A DNA stretch of 64,000 bases from an uncultured Eubacteriales bacterium (GTDB taxonomy: Bacteria > Bacillota > Clostridia > Oscillospirales > UBA644). Below are positions 47,113 through 54,467 of the stretch, in pieces. The notes under the pieces were generated by a model. That model saw only the letters and a list, made by a program, of their open reading frames with translations, was not told the DNA's origin and made no database searches. The DNA lies in contig CAKSTW010000007.1 of NCBI GenBank assembly GCA_934501435.1, forward strand, positions 1,347 through 65,346. The letters run 5' to 3'. Within the stretch, counting starts at the first letter, position 1. Each line of letters opens with the position of its first letter. A program made the position numbers and the translations under genes.

Positions 47113-48063
47113 ATGAAAAACCTGAAAGGGACTCTGATACTTCTGCTTACCGCGATGATCTGGGGTATTGCGTTTGTCGCGCAGGATGCGGCGGCGGGAA
47201 ATATCGGCTCCTTCACCTTTAACGGAACGCGTGCTGTTCTTGCGGCGGTTTTCCTGCTTGTCGTGATCATTGTAAAAGACGGTTCGAAAAAGCGGAAAAT
47301 CATTCCCGAAAAAACGGAAGCAAAAAAAATTCTCAAAGCGGGGATCATCTGCGGCGTTTTTTTGAGCATTGCGGTGAATTTGCAGCAACTCGGAATTGAA
47401 GCGTATCCCGACGGAGTCGCCGTATCGGGGAGATCGGGTTTCCTTACCGCCACTTATGTCGTAATGGTCGCCGTCGTTTCGCTCTTCTTCGGAAAAAAAC
47501 TCAACGTTTCCCTTGTCGTCGCAGTCGTCGGCTGCATGGCGGGAATGTATCTTCTCTGTCTTTCGGGCGGGCTTTCCGGAATTTATACCGGAGACATTCT
47601 CATTTTCTGTTGTGCGATAGCCTTTACCTGCCATATTCTCGCGGCGGACAGATTTTCCGCTCTCGACACGGTAAAAGTCTCCTTTATACAGTTTGTTGTA
47701 GTATCTGTCCTGTCATTTATCCCCGCAATTATTTTTGAAAAGATAGAGTGGCAGACGCTTGTTTCGGCATGGCTCCCGATAGTATACGCGGGCGTATGTT
47801 CGAGCGGTATAGGCTACACTTTGCAGATGATAGGTCAGAAATATACCGAACCCGCCGTTGCGTCTATCGTTACGAGTTTCGAATCGGTGTTTGCGGCTCT
47901 TGCAGGCTGGGTGATTTTGGGACAGAGCCTTTCGGGAAAAGAACTTCTCGGCTGTTCGCTTGTCTTTGTAGCGATAATCGCCGCGCAGATCCCCGATCTC
48001 ATAAAGGAAGTAAAGAAAAGAAAATCGGTAGATATAAACAAAGAACCCCGTTTTCCGAACTGA
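47113..48063 (+). CDS. DMT-superfamily (EamA-type) transporter
   Basis: 316 aa with ten hydrophobic segments. The N-terminus LLLTAMIWGIAFVAQ is typical of EamA repeats. Confidence 0.85.
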   Translation: MKNLKGTLILLLTAMIWGIAFVAQDAAAGNIGSFTFNGTRAVLAAVFLLVVIIVKDGSKKRKIIPEKTEAKKILKAGIICGVFLSIAVNLQQLGIEAYPDGVAVSGRSGFLTATYVVMVAVVSLFFGKKLNVSLVVAVVGCMAGMYLLCLSGGLSGIYTGDILIFCCAIAFTCHILAADRFSALDTVKVSFIQFVVVSVLSFIPAIIFEKIEWQTLVSAWLPIVYAGVCSSGIGYTLQMIGQKYTEPAVASIVTSFESVFAALAGWVILGQSLSGKELLGCSLVFVAIIAAQIPDLIKEVKKRKSVDINKEPRFPN

Positions 48064-48098
48064 ACAAGTCCTTAAAAAAGGACAATAGAAAAAACTTT

Positions 48099-48127
48099 TT
48101 GAGGCAGTCCACATTGGACTGCCTCAA
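48099..48127. terminator. hairpin terminator between convergent genes
   Basis: 13-bp stem TTGAGGCAGTCCA/TGGACTGCCTCAA. On the minus strand it is followed by AAAGTTTTTT. Confidence 0.6.
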
Positions 48128-48130
48128 GAA

Positions 48131-49816
48131 TTATTTATTTTGAGATTTGAAATCCATGACAGCCATCGACAGTCCGAAGCCGACGAACCCGATCATGAAG
48201 AATAAAAGCCACGGCATCTGAGCCAGCATCTCGGGAATGTCTCCGACACCTACCAATATCGCCGTAACAAGACAGGTAAGGATAACGGCAATTACGGTCA
48301 TCGAAACGGCGAATAACCCTCCCGTAAATAAAAACATAAAAAAGAAATATCCGAAACTGTAATTCTTTCCGAGCCAGAGTTTTTCGTCTTTCGTGAGTTT
48401 TATACATTCGGCTCGCTTTGCGGCGATTTCCGTAAACGGAATTACGGCGTTTTCGTTGTCGTTATCCCACATTTCGGTTTTGAACAGCCGCTTGCCGTTT
48501 TTGTTGAAGCAGCAGGAATATATATCCGCCGCAGTCTCTCCTTTTTTCAAAAGAGCCGTTCCGCATATAAACTGAACCGCAACCGTTCCGAAAAGAACCG
48601 TTTCTTTACATTCGACAATAAATTCGGCGTGTTTTTCGTTACATAAAAAGTAACTTATCCCATAGTTGGATTCAAGTTTTACTCCTTTGATTTGCCCCCG
48701 CTTTCTGAAAGTCGGATATTCTCCCTCATAGCCGATTTCGTGAAACCGTTTTTCGATTTTCTTTCTGATTTTCGAAAGTCTTTCGGATTTTGAAAAATCG
48801 ACTTTGGCGGAATATTCTTCCTGCGAGGCTTTTATTTTTTCATATATTTCCCGCCATAATTCTTCGCATTTCGAGTCGTTCAGTTTGTTCAGAAGCTCGT
48901 TAATTGCGAACGTCTGTGAAATCTGCTTTTTTCTTCGCTTTATAACCTTGTCGAAAAACGGAATCAAACGTGTAAAGCCGTATTTCCGCATATATTCTTT
49001 AAGTATTCTGAAGTCCGAGATTTTTTCGCTTTCGGGCGTGTAAACAAAAAGATCCCGCAATTCCGTTAACAGAGGAATAAGCTCTTTTTCTTTTTCATTG
49101 AAATATTTTTCTCCGAGTTCTTTCTTCTCCAGAATCATATTTGCGACGGAGAAAAGGTATTCCCATGGGCTGCTGCCAAAAGAAACGGCGTCGATGTTGT
49201 AAATTTCGACTTCCGTTTCGGCGGAACCGAACGGGATTTCAATGGGATCGCCTGCGGTTTCTTCGTCATAATCATTAGCCTTGCAGATCAAAACATAACC
49301 GGAATCCGATTTTTTTAATTCGGCATCGCAAAAAAAGAGGTCTCCGTTATCGGGAATCCGAATATCCGCCGAGGTGTTCAATACCAGTTTCCGCTTGTAA
49401 ACATCGGTTTCGTCAAACGATATTATGAACTTATTTCCCTGTTTTTCAATATTCCGACAATCCACAGACAGGATTTTGTTGTAAAGATACGCAAACGCCT
49501 GTTGTGTGTCTTCGGGAAAAACTTTTGTCGCTTGTTCGAAAAGACGTCTTTTTAATTCATGCTGTCCGTTAATATATTCGGCACATTCCGCCGCAAATTC
49601 AAAAAATTCGGCGTCCGATTGAGTGTCGGAAACAAGCGACGAAACCTCTTCGGAAAATGAGTCTTCCGAAAAAGCAAATTTTTTAATGAATTTTCTGATT
49701 TTCTTCTGCATTGTCGGTGACGCGGCCGACGGGCCTTTTGAAAAGAGGCTTTTTGCAAAAAGATATGCGGAGCCGACTCTCTCGACGTCTTGTGAATCAA
49801 GTTTTGCTATATCCAT
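48131..49816 (-). CDS. hypothetical protein with C-terminal transmembrane helices
   Basis: 561-aa ORF with protein-like composition. The last ~75 aa are hydrophobic (FFFMFLFTGGLFAVSMTVIAVILTCLVTAILVG...LLFFMIGFVGFGLSMAV). No family recognised. Confidence 0.6.
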   Translation of the reverse strand: MDIAKLDSQDVERVGSAYLFAKSLFSKGPSAASPTMQKKIRKFIKKFAFSEDSFSEEVSSLVSDTQSDAEFFEFAAECAEYINGQHELKRRLFEQATKVFPEDTQQAFAYLYNKILSVDCRNIEKQGNKFIISFDETDVYKRKLVLNTSADIRIPDNGDLFFCDAELKKSDSGYVLICKANDYDEETAGDPIEIPFGSAETEVEIYNIDAVSFGSSPWEYLFSVANMILEKKELGEKYFNEKEKELIPLLTELRDLFVYTPESEKISDFRILKEYMRKYGFTRLIPFFDKVIKRRKKQISQTFAINELLNKLNDSKCEELWREIYEKIKASQEEYSAKVDFSKSERLSKIRKKIEKRFHEIGYEGEYPTFRKRGQIKGVKLESNYGISYFLCNEKHAEFIVECKETVLFGTVAVQFICGTALLKKGETAADIYSCCFNKNGKRLFKTEMWDNDNENAVIPFTEIAAKRAECIKLTKDEKLWLGKNYSFGYFFFMFLFTGGLFAVSMTVIAVILTCLVTAILVGVGDIPEMLAQMPWLLFFMIGFVGFGLSMAVMDFKSQNK

Positions 49817-49887
49817 AATAACCTCTTGAATTTTTTTATCTTTATGAAATTATAACATATCCGCCCCGCCAAAGCAATACTTTTACA

Positions 49888-49923
49888 AATAAAAGGAACT
49901 CCCCATTCAAACGAATGAGGAGT
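49888..49923 (-). terminator. intrinsic terminator after the NSS transporter gene
   Basis: Stem ACTCCCCATTC/GAATGAGGAGT (one mismatch), followed on the minus strand by TCCTTTTATTT. Confidence 0.5.
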
Positions 49924-49929
49924 ATTTCA

Positions 49930-51261
49930 TCAGAACGCGACCTGCATAAAGAGGGCGACAAGGCACAAAATTATCGCCAGCGGAACATAAATATATCGGC
50001 CCGTGAAGTACCACAGTTTTCCGCGCTGTTTTCTGCTTCCGGTGTTTACCGCCGTCAGAAGTTCGTCCTTTTTCATTACATAGAACCACGAAACGGCGCC
50101 GATACATGCTCCGATCGGGATAATGTATATCGAGACGAGATCCATCCACGGTCCCCATGCGGAGATAGTTTCCATTCCTATTCCGAAGCCGAGACACAGA
50201 ACGCCGAGAATTATAAGGGTGGCGGTTCTGTTGAGGCGGGGGAATTTGTTCTGCAGAGATTCCGCGACCGCCTCAAACATGTTTTGCAGAGAACTCACGC
50301 CCGCAAAAATCATGGCAATGTATAATATGACCGCGAAAAGCTGCCCCAGAGGAATATCCTGCAAAATCGTCGGCAGGGTTACAAACAGAAGTCCGGGACC
50401 CGCTCCGACGTCAAGGTTATAGGAAAAGCACGCCGGAACGATGACAAGCGCCGCAACGACCGCCGCTATCGTATCGAAAAGGGCGGTGTGGCGGGAAACT
50501 CCGACGACGTCTTCTTCGGGAGAAAGATACGCTCCGTAGACTATCATTCCGCTTCCCGTGACCGAAAGCGAGAAAAATGCCTGTCCCATCGCCCATATCC
50601 ATACCATCGGGTCGGTGAGAGCCTCCCAGCGGGGCGTGAACATGAAAATATATCCTTCCGCCGAACCCGGTAAAAACAGAACCCTTACCGCTAAAATAAG
50701 GAAGATGATAAAGAAGACGGGCATCATTATTTTATTCGATTTTTCGATGCTGCGCGCACCGAGGAAAAGAGTGAGGAGCGTGCCGACGACAACGATTATA
50801 TGATACGGAATAACGGAAAAAGGCTGCGAAGAAAAGCCCGAAAACCAAGCGGAGGCGTCGGTATTCATCAAAGTTCCCGTGAGCGAATCGACCAACGCTT
50901 TAAGCGTATAGGTAACGATGACCGCATAGCCTATCGCGATACATAAAGACCCCGCAAGCGGCAGCCAGCCGACAACTCCGCCGACCTTTTCGGCTTTTTT
51001 GCCGCGGGTCGCCCAAGCCTTTCGGTAGGCGCCCAAAGTACCCGTCGAAGCGTAACGCCCCATTGCAAATTCCGCGGGAAGCCCGACATAACTGAAAATG
51101 ATAATGAACAGCAGATAGATCAGAAGGAAAGCCCCTCCGCCGTTGCTGCCCAATTTGTTCGGAAATCCCCAGACGTTCGCCATTCCGACAGCGGAACCGA
51201 CCGAGGCTAAAATAAACCCCCACCTGCCGGTAAAACTCTTTGTACTTTTGTGATGTGACAT
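49930..51261 (-). CDS. sodium-dependent transporter (neurotransmitter:sodium symporter / SNF family)
   Basis: 443 aa. N-terminal signature RWGFILASVGSAVGMANVWGFP. Confidence 0.9.
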   Translation of the reverse strand: MSHHKSTKSFTGRWGFILASVGSAVGMANVWGFPNKLGSNGGGAFLLIYLLFIIIFSYVGLPAEFAMGRYASTGTLGAYRKAWATRGKKAEKVGGVVGWLPLAGSLCIAIGYAVIVTYTLKALVDSLTGTLMNTDASAWFSGFSSQPFSVIPYHIIVVVGTLLTLFLGARSIEKSNKIMMPVFFIIFLILAVRVLFLPGSAEGYIFMFTPRWEALTDPMVWIWAMGQAFFSLSVTGSGMIVYGAYLSPEEDVVGVSRHTALFDTIAAVVAALVIVPACFSYNLDVGAGPGLLFVTLPTILQDIPLGQLFAVILYIAMIFAGVSSLQNMFEAVAESLQNKFPRLNRTATLIILGVLCLGFGIGMETISAWGPWMDLVSIYIIPIGACIGAVSWFYVMKKDELLTAVNTGSRKQRGKLWYFTGRYIYVPLAIILCLVALFMQVAF

Positions 51262-51368
51262 TTTTTTCTCCGATCCGTGAAAACCGTATTCACCCGCCGC
51301 AGAGAAGTTTCCGAGTGGTTTTTTGAGATGCGGTCGGGCGATAAAAGTTCGATTTTCTCTGTCTGACT

Positions 51369-51397
51369 ATTTTAACACTTTATCACAAAAAAGTCAA
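51369..51397 (-). promoter_or_regulatory. sigma-A type promoter of the NSS transporter gene
   Basis: The minus strand reads TTGACT-17 nt-TAAAAT. This predicts a leader of about 100 nt. Confidence 0.45.
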
Positions 51398-51406
51398 TAT
51401 TTGCCG

Positions 51407-51443
51407 AAAAAATAACGGCGGTTCGGAATATCCCGACCGCCGT
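51407..51443 (-). terminator. intrinsic terminator after the 124-aa gene
   Basis: Stem ACGGCGGTTCGG/CCCGACCGCCGT, followed by a T-run on the minus strand. Confidence 0.55.
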
Positions 51444-51452
51444 CACTATATG

Positions 51453-51827
51453 TCAGTCTTTTTTTGTGTACCCCCAACAATTCCCGTCAAGACACAACTT
51501 GTCGCGATGATTCTCAAGCCCACCGTCTTCATAATGTATGCAATCAATACATTTCTTTTCCATTACTTTTTTCAGCCTGTCGTCATATTCCCTGCGGGAA
51601 AGCACCGTAACCTCAATTTCATTTATTTTGCATATGCCCGAAATATTGAGATATGTTTCTTTTGTATCTTCTTCGATAAAATAAGGGAAAACACAATTTT
51701 CCGTATCAAGCATTTTCAGCCCGATAAAAGAGTTGAAATGTCTGTTCAGATATGAAATAAAACTTTCAATATCCGAAAACCCGTCGGGATAGTAATAATA
51801 ATCGTTGTCAATTTCAAGTATTTTCAT
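51453..51827 (-). CDS. hypothetical small acidic protein with a Cys-rich C-terminus, immediately downstream of the CRISPR array
   Basis: 124 aa with GGAGG 5 nt upstream of the ATG. C-terminus CIDCIHYEDGGLENHRDKLCLDGNC. A/T-rich relative to core genes. No family recognised. Confidence 0.6.
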   Translation of the reverse strand: MKILEIDNDYYYYPDGFSDIESFISYLNRHFNSFIGLKMLDTENCVFPYFIEEDTKETYLNISGICKINEIEVTVLSRREYDDRLKKVMEKKCIDCIHYEDGGLENHRDKLCLDGNCWGYTKKD

Positions 51828-51874
51828 TTGTCCTCCGAAATATCGTCGTTTGCTATATAAAAATTGTTTTTGCG

Positions 51875-52499
51875 GATCGATTACCCTATGAAGTTACTCT
51901 ACGCTCAAATTCCAATCACTTTTTGGATTTCTTTTTCGGTTTGATTACCCTATGGAATTACACGACACTCAAACACGGTGTCTCGAAAGCATTTCGGCAG
52001 AAGGTTTGATTACCCTATGGAATTACACGACACTCAAACTAATCAAGGTCTTCCGAAGTGGATAATTGAGTTTGATTACCCTATGGAATTACACGACACT
52101 CAAACTAGTTGATTATGAAATAAAAATATGTTATAGTTTGATTACCCTATGGAATTACACGACACTCAAACAAAGACGCAAGCAAGGCAAAAGCAAGCAA
52201 GTTTGATTACCCTATGGAATTACACGACACTCAAACGAACAACACAGGGAATTATTCCGCAGTATGTTTGATTACCCTATGGAATTACACGACACTCAAA
52301 CCCGCAAAGGTCAATCGCTTTCATTCTCTTCGTTTGATTACCCTATGGAATTACACGACACTCAAACCTTTTGGATATAAAGAAAAAGATATGGATAGTT
52401 TGATTACCCTATGGAATTACACGACACTCAAACCCAGAAACGCTGTAACCCGGTTTTACACCCGTTTGATTACCCTATGGAATTACACGACACTCAAAC
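51875..52499 (-). CRISPR. CRISPR array: 9 identical 36-bp repeats plus 1 degenerate terminal repeat, 9 spacers
   Basis: The repeat on the plus strand is GTTTGATTACCCTATGGAATTACACGACACTCAAAC. Copies start at 51939, 52004, 52070, 52136, 52201, 52266, 52332, 52398 and 52464. The degenerate copy at 51875-51910 has 8 mismatches. The spacers are unique, 28-30 bp. Polarity was set by the leader side, the degenerate distal repeat and tracrRNA complementarity. Confidence 0.97.
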
Positions 52500-52618
52500 C
52501 TCAAATCCGAGTATTCCCGCTGCGAACGGGTCGTTATTCCAAAGGGCATATCGTGCTTAAAAGCCTGAAAAACAAGGCTTTCTGCCTATATTTTAACAGA
52601 AAAACGTATCAATGTCAA
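52500..52618 (-). promoter_or_regulatory. CRISPR leader between csn2 and the first repeat
   Basis: 119-bp A/T-rich non-coding segment. Read on the minus strand it ends ...CGGATTTGAG directly abutting repeat 1. Confidence 0.7.
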
Positions 52619-53284
52619 CTAAAATTCGCAAAGATCGGAATCAACGGTCAGTCTTTTGACCCCGTTTATACGGGTTCTTGCGGTATTTTCAAGAAAAAGA
52701 AGCCGAAGCTGCCGAGTTTCGGCTTCTTTTACGATTTCCGTTATTTCTCCGTCGGTAAAAAAGCAACGCATATTTACCGTGATAAAAAGCCTGCTTTTAT
52801 CAAGTTCCGTAAGAGCCGTCATATAATTGACGACGGTTTCCGCGGAATTTTTTCCGTCGTCGGCAATAAATACCGACGCGGCTTTTATCACGGATGAAAT
52901 ATTGAGTTTTCTGCACTCCGTCCTGAAAGGAAAAGAAAAGGAAAGCTCATACATATAATTTTCAATTTCCGCAATAAGGGCAGAGGTCTGAAGCAAATGC
53001 TCTTCGTCGACCGCCGTTTTTTCCATAAAAGACGAAATTTTTGAAAGCATTGTCTTGGTATTTATATCAAACGGGGCAAAATTATCCAGAATATCGACGT
53101 TTTTACTTATCGTAACAGGCGTATTGTCGACTGAAAGAACGGTTTTTCCGTCTCCGCCCTCATGCTGAAACCTCATATCTTCGAGAAACGAACGAAAAAG
53201 GTTTTGGTTTTCGAGGACGAGTTCAAAAGCCGTCCCTTCCGGAATTTCGATAACTTCCGAAAAATACGGAGATGCAATTTTCAT
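52619..53284 (-). CDS. csn2: type II-A CRISPR-associated protein Csn2
   Basis: 221 aa in the last position of the cas operon. Has Csn2-like landmarks (FELVLENQ...; LRLLFLEN near the C-terminus). 4-nt overlap with cas2. Confidence 0.85.
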   Translation of the reverse strand: MKIASPYFSEVIEIPEGTAFELVLENQNLFRSFLEDMRFQHEGGDGKTVLSVDNTPVTISKNVDILDNFAPFDINTKTMLSKISSFMEKTAVDEEHLLQTSALIAEIENYMYELSFSFPFRTECRKLNISSVIKAASVFIADDGKNSAETVVNYMTALTELDKSRLFITVNMRCFFTDGEITEIVKEAETRQLRLLFLENTARTRINGVKRLTVDSDLCEF

Positions 53285-53601
53285 AGAAATACCAGCCTTT
53301 CGTCGCTGTCAACGATATCGCTCTGATTTTTGCCGGTGATATATGTTATCCCGGCAAATTGTCTTTCCGTAACGGTAAGAAGCTGAACGATTCCGCTGCC
53401 CGGCTTTTCTCGGCGTATAAGGTCGGCGACCGATTTTTCGACGGAAGCGTTAAGAACCATTCTGCAATAAACCGATTCCTGCATCATGATAAAGCCGTTT
53501 TTGACGAGCATTCGGTGAAATCTTCGGTATTCGCGTCTGTTCTGTTCCGTTTCGGTCGGCAGGTCGAAAAAAACAAGAATTCTCATAAATCTGTAACTCA
53601 T
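53281..53601 (-). CDS. cas2: CRISPR-associated endoribonuclease Cas2
   Basis: 106 aa. N-terminus MRILVFFDLPTET...YRRFHRMLVKNGFIMMQESVY is typical of type II Cas2. Confidence 0.9.
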   Translation of the reverse strand: MSYRFMRILVFFDLPTETEQNRREYRRFHRMLVKNGFIMMQESVYCRMVLNASVEKSVADLIRREKPGSGIVQLLTVTERQFAGITYITGKNQSDIVDSDERLVFL

Positions 53602-54467
53602 ATTTCCGCAAATTTTATCAGCGAAACGTCTCCGTCGCCGATAGCGTCAAAAACGCTTTTTGTATAGATTTTTACGGCGTTGAGCAAAGTCTGCCCGCAG
53701 CCGCCTATATTTAGCGGGGCGCTTAAAAGCGATATGATCTCCGCTTTTTCGGGTTTTCCGAATTCGGAAACTTCCATTGAAACGACAAGTCTGTCGACGG
53801 CAACACGAAAAGGTTCCATCAGATCGCAGGAAAGGTTGTAAGGATTGAACATGTTGTCGTGGAAAATTCCGAGATGGGGGAGAAAACCCGCAAGTGTGAC
53901 CTCTCTGTTAAATGCGGAAAGCAAAATTCCGTATCCGTAGTTGAGGGCGGCGTTTATCGGGTTTTCCTGCCCGCGGGAAAAGTCCATTCCGAAAAGAGCG
54001 TTGAAATAGACTTTCGCCGCGTGTCCCTCTCTGTTCGTTTCGTCTCCGAAGGTGATTTCCGACACATAGTCGTTTAACATTCCGCTTTCTTTTGAAAGTC
54101 CGCGTTCTTTAAGAAATTTCGCCTGATTTCTGATTTTTTCCGCGACGATCTCCGTCCATACGGAAGACTTTATATCGTCGCTCCACGCCGCCTGTAATTT
54201 GATTTTCCGCGAACAGTCGTGAGAGCCGTTATACGGCTGCAGTTCGGCATAAGGGCTCCTCTTTTCGTCGCAGAAAATTATTCTGACTTTATGCCTTGTC
54301 AGTTCGGCGAGAAGGCAGCCCGTCATCGAGACGGCGGGATTTTCAATCATAAGAACCGAAATTTCGTCGAGAAAAACTCTTTTCGTATCTTCCCCGCGAA
54401 CAACCATAAACCCCATAGAAAGGTCGAGTTTGCAGCGGCTGGAGATCACGACCGTACGCCAACTCAC
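53598..54467 (-). CDS. cas1: CRISPR-associated endonuclease Cas1 (type II)
   Basis: 289 aa. Has WRTVVISSRCKLDL...CDEKRSP...NAALNYGYGIL motifs. 4-nt overlaps on both sides. Confidence 0.92.
   Translation of the reverse strand: MSWRTVVISSRCKLDLSMGFMVVRGEDTKRVFLDEISVLMIENPAVSMTGCLLAELTRHKVRIIFCDEKRSPYAELQPYNGSHDCSRKIKLQAAWSDDIKSSVWTEIVAEKIRNQAKFLKERGLSKESGMLNDYVSEITFGDETNREGHAAKVYFNALFGMDFSRGQENPINAALNYGYGILLSAFNREVTLAGFLPHLGIFHDNMFNPYNLSCDLMEPFRVAVDRLVVSMEVSEFGKPEKAEIISLLSAPLNIGGCGQTLLNAVKIYTKSVFDAIGDGDVSLIKFAEI

Noticed and set aside
51911-52463. Self-targeting spacers, meaning a match of any of the 9 spacers elsewhere in this window (for example in the 45.3-46.8 kb insert).
   Set aside because: I found no convincing match by eye. 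The closest was a gapped ~10-nt resemblance of spacer 8 to 2691-2710. An exhaustive search needs a computer, so this remains unverified rather than disproved.
52214-52897. A 227-aa plus-strand ORF running through the CRISPR array and into csn2.
   Set aside because: Its translation repeats LITLWNYTTLKP every 22 residues, so it is simply the CRISPR repeat read as protein. It is an artefact.
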